Source of the DNA: Dudresnaya verticillata
Lineage: Eukaryota
DNA: 64,000 nucleotides
Direction of reading: 5' to 3'
Assembly: GCA_977862235.1 (NCBI GenBank)
Contig: OZ374558.1
Coordinates: 3,286,001 to 3,350,000, forward strand
Below, piece by piece: positions 12,517 to 24,800 of this stretch. Under the pieces are notes generated by a model. The model saw only the letters and a program-made list of their open reading frames with translations, did no database searches and was not told where the DNA came from. A program made the position numbers and the translations under genes. The first letter of the stretch is position 1, and the number at the start of each line of letters is the position of its first letter.

Positions 12517-15500
12517 CGTGGATGTGAGCCTTTCCAGAAAGCTGTACTGAGTTTGGAGAGCGTCGCGCGGATTTCGAAGTGATCGTATATAAGATTGCCG
12601 GCTCCGGATTGATTCTTGTGTTCTGTAATACAGTTCACTTGAAATGAGTTTGAACTTTTAGTATGTATCGACTGCTCAGTACGGTCTTATATAGCTACAG
12701 ATCTGGTTAGTTTTCAGGCCCTCTACTTCTGATGTTAACAAGACTAGAATTTAGAAGAAATGGTAAATGCAGTTGTCGAGATCTCTTTGTATGTCAAACA
12801 AACCCATCTGTCTCGGAAAGTTTCTACACCAGAGAATACTAGTGTGCAGCTGACGTAGGTCGACTGAATGATATGCACCGTTTCCAGATATTGAGAGGGT
12901 TGCTATTCAAGTTTCAATGTTCACATAGAAACATCCTCGGCGATCTGCATGGTTCTCAGCGCTTTTCGAAGCGGTATCGTTAGATACCGTATATATGTAT
13001 ACACATATATATATATTTATATTAATATATGTATGTATTTCTATTTCTAGAAGGTTCCATATCTTTGGTATTGAGCAACCGAGCGTCCCTTGCAGAAAGA
13101 TGAGTGCCCCTTTTGCAACTCTGAAAGCATTCTTCTACATGTGTTGGTAATCACAGCTCGAACATATATCTCGACAAATCGTGCTCTCACTCAGGGGGCC
13201 GCCTGAGCGGGCTGGCGACCGTTGAAATATATCTCCGAGATTCTCAACGGCGAAATGGAGGCGTATTCGGTGTTAGTCTTTCACCCAGTGAACAAGGAGG
13301 CGGATGCAATGCATGCGACAAGGTGAGAGTGAGAGGTCCGAAATGACAACGGAATAGCGGTGATTTCAGATCACGTATGGCTTGTATACTGGCTGCAATG
13401 ACATTCAAACATGAGCTTGTACGAGAGGCGGTATCCGGAAACCGGGCCATATCTCCATCCCACCTCGCGTGAGCAACACCAATAGCAATAAACCCAGGGC
13501 TCTCCATGTAGCGAATTCTGTAGGCGTTTCAAACAGCAATATAATGGTCTTGATGATTGCTCTTCTGCAGGTTTCCGTCGAAAGGCCTCTGATGATCACT
13601 TCGAGATTTCTGCCTTCCGACATTGCCAAACGAGCCCCCTCCTTCTATTGAAATATCTGCCGTTAGTTCCTCTGCGTTTCGTGAGGGCCTTGATGGGTGA
13701 TTCTACTATCACAATGGATGCCACTCCGCATCTTTAGAAATCATACAGAAAACAACGAAGTATCATTTCTACCCTTGACCAAGTTGAGAAACCCTGCCTT
13801 CCCCCATCAATGGATTTTCTCGACTAGTTCTTTCTAATTGAGGGTAGAACCCCGTCGCCTATGTGTAGGACCAGGAAAATTCTACCCCATCACGGTCCGC
13901 GGGAGCTTTGTGGAGCTCCCTTTTACGCTTCCAGCTGAGTTCTTTTTCGGTTCTGCTTATCTTCTACTCATTTTCGAAAACGAAAGCAACAGAACCCATG
14001 AAGGCTTTCGTAGCTGTTGGGGATCTCGCTTGAAGTAGAAGAGATGTTCACAGGTCGAAGACAGCTTAGTCCAGCTAGTCGGGAGTATTTGGGGATGGCA
14101 GCCTTCCTACTGTATCTACCAGGAGCTGTAGATTGATACTTCTTTTCGATCAGTTTACGTGTCCATGCTCCAAAGAGCACCGGATGTCACGTCAACGAGT
14201 ATTGCGAAAGTAGCGTAGAAGCAGGCTCATTGCAAGAGAACCAATCTGTTGCCATGTTCCGCGCTGTAGCGGATAATGTAGAGTTGAACCGAGGATCTCC
14301 GCCTGTTCAGAGAGATTTGCATATTGGAAGCAAATATATAGAGAGAAGAGGAACTTTAATCAAGCAATGAGAGGGAAATTGTATAACCGATCAAGAGTGG
14401 CAACAGCTCACGGAGAACTGAAGAAGGGATTGTAGCATTGCCTGAAGTCGAGTGGCACGTTTAATCCCCAGGAGTCGACAGCCTTACTAAAAGAAAGCCC
14501 AAATGTGATCATCCCAGTTCAGGCTCTTCATCTCAGCTACAACGGGACCCTTGCGTGAATGAGTCGGGTCCCTAGAAATAGACAGCCTGAAGCTCTTCCA
14601 GCCGTGTGCGAGCTTCGATTGCTGTCCTAATGTATTTTTTTGATACTCGCGGTTGTACGAGATTATTTTGTGATGTGAGAAGCATGGGCGGAGGCCCTTT
14701 GTACACGCTGTAGCTTGAAGATCAGGTTCCTGCAAGGCGAAACATTTTTAAAACAACTCCCAACCTTCCATGCGTCTAATCCTTTTCTGAACCTGCTGAT
14801 AATGCTTACAAAGAATTCGCATCTATTTCCTGGAGCACTGCTTAACGTGATCACAAGGTACATAACGATAGCAAGCTGTGTATCACTGTCGATGAGACTC
14901 GTCACGCATTCCGCAGGTTTCACAACTCTACAAATCTTCAGTTTTCCTTTGTGTCTACGTCGCATTGTCAACTTATGCACTTAGGATCTTAGAAATTGTA
15001 AGTTACAAATACTGTAGTGATATCTAGTCGCTAGGGCATGTACCTGCATATAGGCGTCGAAGTCGCTCATGCAACTGTTGAAGTTGAAGACTCAATAAAA
15101 TTACAACATCACTTCACAGCTGTGGCCTTTCTATCCCGGAGTAAAGCGAAACATTTATGGCTATTTGTTACAATACAATCACTAAAGAGCTTCTGTACAA
15201 TGCAAATGGTATCTCACCGGTCCCGAAAGAAAATAACAGGGGAGGAAAAACTTCACTCTCTGCATCGGACCATGCCTATAAAAACATGCATCGTTGGCCA
15301 TGCAACACCGGGTAATTTTAACACAGCCCAAAGATTAGATTCCAAAGATTCCAAATATCTACAGACAGAGCATAGAATCATTTTCCATACACGGCCAATA
15401 AACTCGGGCATTGACAACGCTCCTCACCTACTCAGAGTCCAACCCATCAGAATACCTAAAGCGACTCAGTAGGGAGACCAGGACAACAGCCTGATCGAAC

Positions 15501-15639
15501 GGATTGTTCAAACAGGAAGAATACAATTTATATGAAAGGTGAGCAAGGTGGTCGGTATGTTCTCAGAGCCATCCCGCCTAGAAAAAAAAGCACTCAAACG
15601 TCCTTTAAATTGCAATCACTCTTTCTGCAGCCTTACGAA

Positions 15640-16027
15640 ATGAAGTTTCCCATCAACCTTGCAGTAACCATTCTTCTAATCCTCGCGAAGGTGCAGGATG
15701 CGGTGTCTCTTGATTATATACCAGCTCTGATCCATGCCAAGAATTGAGTGAAGGTCATTGCCATTGGTTCGGTCAATAACTCCAAGAAGGGTTGTAAACC
15801 TGGTCGTGTCAGACCTACCATCCTGTTCTTCATCACTCTTGGCGGCATTCACGTCAAGTAGAAAACATTTCTCAAGTGCAACAAGCCAAAGCGTGCCAAC
15901 CGCTCCGCAGGTCGTATTGTCAAGTAAGTGTGTGAAGGCGTTCTGCAAAAGGTGCCGTTGTGAACCGAAGATTAACGAGGCATGCGTTCTGAAGAAGATC
16001 AAAATCTGCGCTTCTCAAGCAGGTTAA
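15640..16027 (+). pseudogene. Pseudogene of the 8-Cys family, member 3 (subtype B; paralogue of 29532-29915)
   Basis: Colinear with member 4, but Cys1 TGT>TGA (15745-15747), AAG>TAG (15859-15861), and a 4-bp AAGT duplication (15922-15929) causing a frameshift. The TATA box has decayed to TATGAAA. Confidence 0.9.
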
Positions 16028-16560
16028 TTACGCTGGTATGGTTCGCCCAACGCCCTCTTGTAGTGGTAAGTACTGAATTTTCGACTGCATCCCTAGTCAT
16101 TGTTTCTAGAGATCTTCGAGAGAATTTGTGAGGGTGTGTGTACATTCGAATCCTCTGATAAATCCTTTACCATCTATGGTCATCTTTTGGGATGTGTGAT
16201 AGTAGTCAATGAACGGATCAGTCAACTTTCTTGCATGGTTTCCACCAGAAAATGGAGGTTCCTTGCGGTGATATTGCAATCATCACTGCAACTTGCAGTT
16301 AGATGAGATATCGTTGCCTACTTGTGAGTATTTACCCAGCTTTAGAACGCCTGGCAGAAGAAGGGTAAGAAACGAATGTGCTTTTTAATATTTTGCCTTC
16401 GAGCCCAAGCCAAGACGACTGAAACTGTTGCACAGATCCAGGGGTGAAGGGTTGCTTTGTTTGTTGAGTGGGGATTGATTTTTGTCTGACTCAATCAATC
16501 ATTGTATCGAGCAGGGCTTCTATGGACAAGCTACAACTATCAATCTAAAACAGTAAAGCC

Positions 16561-16573
16561 CTTGCCAAGTGAG
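16561..16573. repeat. Left target-site duplication of the non-LTR element
   Basis: CTTGCCAAGTGAG, repeated at 21009-21021; single copy (CTCGCCAAGTGAG) at the empty paralogous site near 31556-31568. Confidence 0.88.
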
Positions 16574-16677
16574 CAATACTTTGTTCCTTCGAGTCTTTCT
16601 CTCCGTCTTCCTCACGCCCCTGCACACACCAATCCCTCTCCTCCTTCGTCCTGTCCTTTTCGACTCCCCTTGCCGAC

Positions 16678-17973
16678 ATGCCGGGTGGCTTGGCCCCTGC
16701 CCCCGCCCTGGTCGAGCAAAAATTCGTGAAGTTTGCTCATGCGTCAATCGACTTTATTGCTGCTACCGTAGCGGACCTTGAACCTGTCGTCGACCTCAAC
16801 AATCCCACCTCCGTGTCCGCGTTTCTCTCCCATCTCTCAACCTCTTCAACTGTAACCGCCTTACGTCCAATGTTCGCTTCCGAAACGCCATTCGGCGCCA
16901 TGCTTCGCATCTTCAACCAGATATCGCTACCGTCCGACACCGCTCCGGGTCGTTCGTACCTCAAAGCTGTTAAATCATCAAATGCTCCTGTCGCGCGCCT
17001 CCCTACTCGCTCAACTGGCAAAGAACCTCCGCTCGATCCAGCCACAACGCGCATTACCGCCGAGTTGGCAGCTTCGTTACGACGTACGTCCCGCAGTCTA
17101 TGTGGCTACTCCCCACATCGCTTTGTTCGCGTTGTTTCATCTACAGCTTTCGCAAACCCAGCCCATTTTCGCAATGCCCTGCAGATTGGTGGCTTCCCTG
17201 GCCCTGTCGCTGTAATTCCTACTACGGACGCCACGCAACTCTACGTTTGCGCCCCGGAGGTAACGATTCAGCACACCAACACCGCCTATGCTACCTTCCG
17301 GTCCTTCGCGCAGGTCCCCAATTCTACTCCCCCCAACATCACGGTTTCATCTGTTCTGTCTGATATCGCTGCCCCGCTCCGCTCCGCTGGCGCTGTTCGT
17401 CAAGTCCTTGCTCCACTTCGAGCAGAGATACATCGTCTTGAAGGAGCTGACTGTCGATGGGGTCCCAGACGTTTCTTTGCTGCCGCCCTGCGGAAGGCAG
17501 ACAAGGATCTGTACGCCCGTCTCCATCATCTCAATCCATCTCATTCTGAACAGCCAATCACACCGCCCGTAACCGCAACGCCATCCTCCACTGGCAAACG
17601 CCCGGCCCCAGCTCAACTGCCCACTGCCGCTGCACCTCGTCCCATGCCCTTGAGCGCTCGACCTTCTACCCGTTACATGATTGGTGCCCGCCCTGTTTCA
17701 GGCCCTCAGAACTCCCCTCCGACAGCTCCCCTCCCCTCTTCACCTGGGACCCCCACTACACCCCCTACTGCAGCCCCCAATTCACCCCCCCTTGACGCCC
17801 CCACTGCCTCCACTGCACCCCCCACAGCCCACCCCACTATTACAGCTGCTCCACCCTCGGAATCTCCCCCCTGTCCTACTTTGCCTTGCACGTCTGGTCC
17901 TCCTGGCGTATCGGCAAACCGATTTGCGTTGCTTCCCGAACAGGATTGCGCTGATACCATTATGTCAACCTGA
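16678..17973 (+). CDS. Non-LTR retrotransposon ORF1, 431 aa, Pro-rich C-terminus
   Basis: Long ORF inside the TSD-bounded element, directly upstream of the RT ORF; no recognisable domain; ends with an NRFALL motif. Confidence 0.75.
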   Translation: MPGGLAPAPALVEQKFVKFAHASIDFIAATVADLEPVVDLNNPTSVSAFLSHLSTSSTVTALRPMFASETPFGAMLRIFNQISLPSDTAPGRSYLKAVKSSNAPVARLPTRSTGKEPPLDPATTRITAELAASLRRTSRSLCGYSPHRFVRVVSSTAFANPAHFRNALQIGGFPGPVAVIPTTDATQLYVCAPEVTIQHTNTAYATFRSFAQVPNSTPPNITVSSVLSDIAAPLRSAGAVRQVLAPLRAEIHRLEGADCRWGPRRFFAAALRKADKDLYARLHHLNPSHSEQPITPPVTATPSSTGKRPAPAQLPTAAAPRPMPLSARPSTRYMIGARPVSGPQNSPPTAPLPSSPGTPTTPPTAAPNSPPLDAPTASTAPPTAHPTITAAPPSESPPCPTLPCTSGPPGVSANRFALLPEQDCADTIMST

Positions 17974-18119
17974 TACGCTCTCGCCCTCTCGACTCGGAGT
18001 TTACGGTCACTCACAGCTCAGAAATCGCCCTTCCCACCGCCCTCCATCTTGACACTCCTGCACCACTCTCTTCAACGTCTCGTCCCACTGTTGGCCCTTG
18101 CCCTCCACTTCATGTTCTG

Positions 18120-20972
18120 ATGACTACCCCTATTCGTACTGTTGACTATGTCCCGAATGCAATGCGATCGGAATTCTGTGAACTCTTCACTACTTGCATA
18201 CGAGAATTTTTACGAGCCGTTACCCCTGAACAACAGCGCCTATCCTTCACTCGGCTACTTGCCATCCCCAAGACTGTTCTCCGTCGAATGGGGTCTGGGG
18301 AGCCACGGAATCGCAACCGCCGTACATTTCAAGCTGTTTTACGTCGCCGAATACATCGTGCTTTAATTGGTGACTGGAACGCGCTCTTCCGCGAAGCCTG
18401 TGACTCGCAGGACCCTGAACGCTCTTCTCTGTCCCGTCGTCGATCCTCACATTTCCGCGGATGTCGCCGCTCCATGCAGCAGGGTTCTGTTGCCAAAGCG
18501 GCGCGCTGCCTCATGTCAGATTCCGATGCCGTCACCCCCACTCCCGAGACGCACGACGCCTTAAATCTCCTGCACCCCCGCCCATCGACGCCTGTGAGTG
18601 CCCAGGACGCTTCAACGCTACCTGCCTCTGCCCCGTTCTCTACTTCCGATGTTCGGTTGGCCATCAAATCGCTATCCAACTCGTCCAGTCCCGGCCCTGA
18701 TGGACTGCGGGCCAGTATGCTCAAGGCTCTGCTGCATGGGAATGGGGGCACCGATCCCTCTCGCGATCCTCTACAGCTATTGACACAGCTCGTGAATTGC
18801 GCCGTGAATGGCGGGCTTCCCCAATCCGTCCAACCCTGGTTCTGCTCCAGCAATCTTGTGGCATTCCCAAAAGCTGCACACCGCCCCACCGACCTCCGTC
18901 CTATTGCTGTTGGTCTCCTTCTGGCCCGTCTCTTCAGTAGACTCCTTGCTCGGCGCGCATCTGATTCTCTTGGCTCTTACTTCCGCCCGTTGCAGTACGC
19001 AGTTGGCACGACCGGTGGCTGTGAAATCATTGGCCATTCCGCTCGCACCTGGTTCCAGGAAGCGCCTGAAGCGAACTTGGCTTTGCTTCAGATTGACGCT
19101 TCAAATGCTTTTAACAGCCTGGAACGTCAGTGTATCCTGGATGAAGTTTCCACTCAAGCTCCTGACCTCTCCCGGTGGGTACATTTCGCCTATGGCACAC
19201 CCTCTCCGCTCATACTTGGTCCCTTCACACTTCTCAGCCGTACCGGGACTCGTCAAGGGGACCCTCTCGGAATGCTTCTCTTTTGCCTGGGCATCCACCC
19301 TCTACTCCAGCGCCTCTCTCCTTCCCCTGATATATACATGCTTGCTGCCTATGCGGATGATCTCAACATAATCACCACTCGCTCGTCAGCACCAGGGCTT
19401 CTTTCCTCCATTCAATCAGATGGACGCACAATTGGCTTCAATGTCAACATGGCCAAGACGTGGGCGTCATGGCCTTCTCTTACCTCGCCAATCCAAGACC
19501 TACCGTGCCCTGTTCGTCCCGCTACTTCCGCAAAAGTCGTTGGGGTGCCCCTGGGATGTCTAGCGCTTGACATTGCATTTCGAAAGCTCGAATCTACGCA
19601 TGAATTGCTTCGTGATCGATTCACTACACTATGTGATCCCCAAATATCATTTCACAATATCCGTGTTTGTTATGGCGTTAGTAAGCTATCGTTTCTCCTT
19701 CGTACTGTGCCGCCGCACTTAACCCGCGCTGAAGTCGACGAGTTCGACCGGAGGCAGCGAGGCATGTATGAAGAGACACACCGTCCCCTGACCGACTCCG
19801 CCTGGTGCCTCGCTACGCTTCCTGTTCGTTTTCGGGGTCTTGGAATAACCTCTGCGTCTGATATTGCCCATGCTGCTTATGCGGGCTCGCTGCTTCAAGT
19901 CCGCTCAGCGGTTCGCCTCCTCACCAACAGCATCGGACAATTTGCTTCTGCTCGCATCTGCCCGATCGATAGAGCCATTACAGAAGCACTGCTTCCTCTA
20001 CAAAACCTTTCTCTTCTCCCCTTGCCTCTCACCCCGGAAGCTCTATTAAGGAAAGCTACTCAACGCAATGGTTCGGTTCCTGGCATTCAAATGTCCATTA
20101 CGGATAGTATTATGGCTGCCCGTGCAGCTGTACTCCGCTCTCCATCGCTTTCCTCGCATTCTTCAACAGTACAAAAATCGTACATGGCTCGTCTACTGTC
20201 CTGCAGTACGGCTGCAGCTAGTGCGCCATTTACTGCCCTCCCGAATACCTATCGCGGTACTCGCTTCACCCCGGAGGAATGGATTACCGCGTGTGATATC
20301 CGCTTGGGCAACCCGGTTTTCACCGGCACTACTCGTTGTCCCCACTGTGTACTCACGCGGGGCGTGACGCAAGCTCCTCTACTTGATCCTCTCGGGAAAC
20401 ATGCCATCATCTGCGCTAGGCGCGAAGGTGCTATCCGGCGTCATAACACGTTACGCGATGTTCTAGCCAACGAATTCCGCCAGTTGGGCCTACGCCCTAT
20501 CTATGTCGAATACTCGTTTCTCGCCGAACGTCATCTACCCCCTACTTCTCGTCGCCGTATGGACGTGGTGGTTCCTATATCTGCCTTTAACCCCCGCCCT
20601 CAGGCATTTGACGTTACGGTGGCAGCCCCGTTTGCTGCCAATTACTGCACTGCCGCCTCTCGCTTGGGTGGGGCAGCGGCGACGCTCGCTGAAAGGCCCA
20701 AAAGAGCGCATTACCAAGATCTACTCGACAGCGAGGGAATGGATTTCTATGCTGTCGGTATTGACTCCTACGGCGCTATTGGCACTGAGGCTCGTCAGGC
20801 GTTACGTGCCATTGGCCGCTTTACGTCCGAACGGAGAGGGAGTAACCCTTCGGACGAAACGCAAGCACTCACGAATCGCATTGTATCTCATCTTCTCCGC
20901 TTTCAGGCGCTGGCGATCAATCGCCGTCGTCTTGCCCTTCAGGTAGGTCCTTGCGTAGACGGGGCGACTTAG
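18120..20972 (+). CDS. Reverse transcriptase / CCHC zinc knuckle / restriction-like endonuclease polyprotein (CRE-like ORF2), 950 aa or longer
   Basis: SSPGPDGLR, LRPIAVG, IDASNAFNSL, GTRQGDPLG, AYADD (RT); CPHC...HAIIC; RRHNTLRD; RMD...FDVTV...ERPKRAHY (RLE). The frame is open from 17955. Confidence 0.95.
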   Translation: MTTPIRTVDYVPNAMRSEFCELFTTCIREFLRAVTPEQQRLSFTRLLAIPKTVLRRMGSGEPRNRNRRTFQAVLRRRIHRALIGDWNALFREACDSQDPERSSLSRRRSSHFRGCRRSMQQGSVAKAARCLMSDSDAVTPTPETHDALNLLHPRPSTPVSAQDASTLPASAPFSTSDVRLAIKSLSNSSSPGPDGLRASMLKALLHGNGGTDPSRDPLQLLTQLVNCAVNGGLPQSVQPWFCSSNLVAFPKAAHRPTDLRPIAVGLLLARLFSRLLARRASDSLGSYFRPLQYAVGTTGGCEIIGHSARTWFQEAPEANLALLQIDASNAFNSLERQCILDEVSTQAPDLSRWVHFAYGTPSPLILGPFTLLSRTGTRQGDPLGMLLFCLGIHPLLQRLSPSPDIYMLAAYADDLNIITTRSSAPGLLSSIQSDGRTIGFNVNMAKTWASWPSLTSPIQDLPCPVRPATSAKVVGVPLGCLALDIAFRKLESTHELLRDRFTTLCDPQISFHNIRVCYGVSKLSFLLRTVPPHLTRAEVDEFDRRQRGMYEETHRPLTDSAWCLATLPVRFRGLGITSASDIAHAAYAGSLLQVRSAVRLLTNSIGQFASARICPIDRAITEALLPLQNLSLLPLPLTPEALLRKATQRNGSVPGIQMSITDSIMAARAAVLRSPSLSSHSSTVQKSYMARLLSCSTAAASAPFTALPNTYRGTRFTPEEWITACDIRLGNPVFTGTTRCPHCVLTRGVTQAPLLDPLGKHAIICARREGAIRRHNTLRDVLANEFRQLGLRPIYVEYSFLAERHLPPTSRRRMDVVVPISAFNPRPQAFDVTVAAPFAANYCTAASRLGGAAATLAERPKRAHYQDLLDSEGMDFYAVGIDSYGAIGTEARQALRAIGRFTSERRGSNPSDETQALTNRIVSHLLRFQALAINRRRLALQVGPCVDGAT

Positions 20973-21008
20973 CGCCCTTCCAATCCTACCATAAAGGTCC
21001 CCATCTCT

Positions 21009-21021
21009 CTTGCCAAGTGAG
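21009..21021. repeat. Right target-site duplication of the non-LTR element
   Basis: CTTGCCAAGTGAG identical to 16561-16573. Confidence 0.88.
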
Positions 21022-21106
21022 GTCGAACGCATTTCCGAAACGGAGCTTGTTAGATTCATGTTGATATTCCTTAAAAATCTGCGGAGGTTTTCCCTGATGT
21101 AGTTTC

Positions 21107-21652
21107 TGTGGTCGGACTGAATCTCCCAATAGGCCGAAAGCAGGCACGCCGCAAATGTGATGCACCGATCGTTGGGAAGTAGAAAGTTCTCTTCTAAGCT
21201 AGGAGGGGTCTTGTTAACAGAAAACGATTTTGCTTTGTCGCGATGCCCCCTCTCTTCGTTCGCACACTCCAGACGCCTCTTGCGTTGCAGTGCAGAACAA
21301 CTGAGAAGATAAAACAAACGCGTAACTAAAAACAAACCAGTAGAGCTACGAGTGCCGGCTTGCTGATATACTATTTGTCCAGCCCGGCCCCACCTGGGGC
21401 TTGCAGCGCCGCTGCATTCATTAGTTCCGTTCGCGCCCTTTGGTCGCGTGTGCGTCCAACACAAAGTCAGTACAAAAACGTACTTTGAGTATCCCGTGAG
21501 CCCCCCTCGCGCGACAGTGCGCGCTCTCCCTTCTAACGCATGTCGTGGTATTTTTCGTGCCCTTTCGAACCCCACTGGTCCTCGCGTACTGTTCCCTGTG
21601 CCCCGTGGGGTCCTCTCGATCGGGCAGCCCTATGGGGCTGTGGTCAACAACA
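21107..21652 (-). repeat. 3' LTR (546 bp)
   Basis: Direct repeat of 27199-27745; by eye 5 substitutions and one 1-bp indel. Confidence 0.96.
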
Positions 21653-21667
21653 CACCCTGTTTTTTTG
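21653..21667 (-). other. Polypurine tract
   Basis: Minus strand reads an A-run followed by CAGGGTG, immediately before the 3' LTR. Confidence 0.7.
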
Positions 21668-21868
21668 CAGCCGAAGTCGTTACATGAGTGCTGCAATACA
21701 GAACGCTTCCGTACAACCTCGCTTGCCGCCAAGTCGCCAATCAAGGTGGGTGGGTCTTGATGTCCATTCTTTCGACCGTGCCGCAACTCCGTGCGTCACA
21801 ACTACTCTTATCGAGTTGCCTTATTGGGAGGTTCCCATTCGGCGTTTGCCTCCATCAGGTAAATATTA

Positions 21869-24800
21869 TCAGGCATCGCTCTTCCGAGCGGTATCACGCA
21901 GTACCCACTTTGTCACCTTCATCTTTCCTGCCATGAGGTCAAGCAGTGTAGGACTTTGGACGACTTTCGTCATTGCGTCGGCCGGATTGGTTGCGCCTGT
22001 TATGTGAGCGATCCCGTCGATCTCCCTGCGTTGATAAGACTGGCGGATAGCCGCCATGTCTATCATCAGTCTTCGTTCGGCACTGTAGCTATTTCTGGTT
22101 ACCATATCGAACAAACCCCTGGAGTCAGTCATCATTGAGAGTGTCACGGGTTTCTTTGTTATCGTTTCCATATCGTGTTTGATTATGTACCCAGCGTCAA
22201 ATCCGGTAGAGAAAGCCATGATTTCTCCTGCGAGTGACGAATGTGTAACTCGTCGGCACTTGCGGCTGCAGTACTCCAACAAATTCGCTCTTCCTTGCCC
22301 GTCGACCATGACAATGACGAACCCAATTTGCGAAGATAGATCTTCGTTATTAGCCAACGCTGCGTCTGTCATCACGATAATAGACGCCGTCTCCGGGTCC
22401 AGCACTGGAATCTCGATGCCGAGCTTGGGTGTCTTCCTTACATGTGCCACGATCTTATTAGCAGACTTGATACTTGCGGGACCGAATGTCCCCTCGGTCA
22501 CCTGCGACAGCTTAGCCACAGAACACGCTATGTCCGGGCGTGTATTGGTTAGCCAAGCCAGCTTGGCGCGGACTGACCGGAGGTTCTGGTACGTGGACTG
22601 TGCGTCCATTTCACGGATCTTTCGAGCATAATCAGATTGAGACAGTTTGAACCCGCCGTCCGCAGTCTTGTCTACTCGCACGCCCGCAAAGACTACGTCA
22701 GTGGTTTTGCGCTCCTTACTCTTGAAGCGCTCCATTGTCTTCCTTGTATGCTTGAAGAAACCCTCTGTGCCCGCCTGCAGTGTGTCATCGACCACCACGC
22801 CTGACAGACCAGTGAGTTTTCCTGCCACCCTTCGGTAGTAAAGACTCAGATCACCAGCTGTAGGCTTCATGCCCAGGTCGTTCTCGTGGTGCCTGCTACT
22901 TGTAGATCCCCAGTAGTCGCCGCTATCGGGCAACCCATAGAGCGGTTTGAGTAGCTTCAAGAGCTGGTCCTTGGGCAACCGCAACTCCGGCGGTGGACGC
23001 AAAAATACTTTGCGCTTGAGTGGGCTGTCGCTTTGGAGGTAGGCCTGCGTAATGTCGTGTGCCCATACTTCAAAGCCAAACATTGCTGCTATGCAAACGA
23101 TGATCCTGATAGACCGCTGATGTAATGTCGTCGTTTCGTGAACGACTTTGTATTTGTCCCTGTCAGTATGCCCCTGCGCAACGAGCCTCGCCTTGTCGAG
23201 CTCCTCATTTGTCCCAACGTTCTTTACGGCCAGAGCGAACCTCGACCCCATGATGTTGGCGTCTGTTGGCAGGTCACCTTCACTGACACGTTCCCAGGTG
23301 TTCATATCCTCGAGCCCTTGCAATTCTTTCTTTCGTGCTTTGTCGAATCGCTCCTCGCGCCCCCTTTTGTCGCCGAAGGGCAGCACCTCTGTAAGGTATA
23401 TCCATTGGTCACCAGCAGAGTCGTACCAGCTGTATGCATCGTCTTCCCACCGGTCGTTCCCGTTTTCAGAGTAGTACGGTGTGTGGTCTGGATCCTGCTC
23501 CTCGTTGTCCGTCTCGGAGCCTGAATCGAATTCGCTGCTGTAGTTACTGTAGTCCGCATCGCCGAGGTTTGCAGGTTCGCCTTCCTCTGGCTGTTCACTT
23601 TCCGCCTCGCTCGCTGTGTAAAGTTTGACGCTACTCGCATTGAACTCGCGCGGTTTGCCGCGTTCATCTGAAATTGTGATGACCTTACCTTCGACCTTGA
23701 TGACCTCGAACGGACCCGTCCACAGGCTGTCGCTGGCCTTGGCCTTTTTGCGCCAGACCAGCACGGGGTTACGTTCGGTTAGTATGGCGTGCGCGGACGT
23801 CGGTGCCCGCGAGCGCAGTACTTGTTTGAGTCTCAGCTTCGCGGTGATAGAATCCATTTCATCTCTCGCCGTCTGCATCATTGCTATTAGTTCAGTCTGG
23901 TCGGGTAGCTCGCTCGTCGCCGCAGCCACCCGGGGGACGGTGCCAAAGACCAGTAAGCTCGGTACCAACCCCTCTGGCCCCATTGTATCGTTCATGGCCT
24001 TATTTGCCAGGGCTAGTATCACTTCCTTTGGGTGCCCAGGGTGCGTCATCAAGATCTTGCGGTAGATTCTGCGCAGAGGGTCATGGTAGCGCTCCCCCAC
24101 TCCCATTGAGTTGCTGCTTTCTACAGGCACAATCTCGACGGCGACTCCCACCTGTGCCATACGCTTTTTCCACTCCTTACCCATGAATATGCTGCCCGAG
24201 TCCGAACGCGCCATGTCGGGATAGCCTGTGTACGTCGCTACCCAGCACATCAGAAACGTTTCCCAAACGTCTTCTGTCGACTCACCTTTCAAGAAGCGTG
24301 CTGCAGAGTAATGGGTATCGACATCGATGACGTGCAATAAGGCCTCGCGCATAATCCACATGAGATCAAGCACTACTGTGCGGTTGAAAACTATCCCTTC
24401 CGGCACGGATGCAGTGAACCTCTTCGGCTTCGGTGTGTGGAATTGGCATGTTCTACAACGCTGCGCAATCTCCCTGAGTAGCTTTCTGACTTCCGGCGTC
24501 GCGTTTTCTGGCTGCGCCCTCTTTATGAGATTGTACAGCTTGTCAACTGAAGGGTGGTACAGTCCGTCGTGCATGCGGCGCAACTCAGGGAGGGTGAACA
24601 TCACTTCCTTTTCCCAGCGATAGTACATGTGCCCCGCCTGCCTCGTTAGCGGTAGACCCCATTTCTCTTTGTCGTGCACGAGCACGTTCTGCACATTGTT
24701 GACGTACAGACCGTAAGCGTCAAGCGCGTCGAGGCCTATCAAGAGCGGGATGTTCGCGCGCACGACGTCTACGCCGATCTCCACGAAAGCATCGCGCGGT

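Larger units (their letters stand above)
15110..16573 (+). repeat. Segmental duplication, copy A (continues at 21022-21106 and 27751-27790 after the TE insertions)
   Basis: Non-coding flanks align with about 28985-30325 and 31535-31712, e.g. CTTCACTCTCTGCA, AATGGAG-TTCCTTGC...TTGCAGT-AGATGAG-TATCG-TGCC, TCAATCTAAAACAG-AAAGC. Ends are approximate. Confidence 0.8.
16574..21008 (+). mobile_element. Full-length non-LTR retrotransposon, restriction-like-endonuclease type (CRE-like)
   Basis: Bounded by a 13-bp TSD; two ORFs; ORF2 carries RT, a CCHC knuckle and an RLE; 36-bp 3' UTR; no poly(A). Confidence 0.9.

Noticed and set aside
13244..14300. Short ORFs that might be a decayed gene
   Set aside because: No consistent frame or recognisable domain.
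20802..21575. 257-aa minus ORF and its 120-aa twin at 27306-27668
   Set aside because: These are read-through frames of the LTR sequence; the shared peptide only reflects the LTR repeat.
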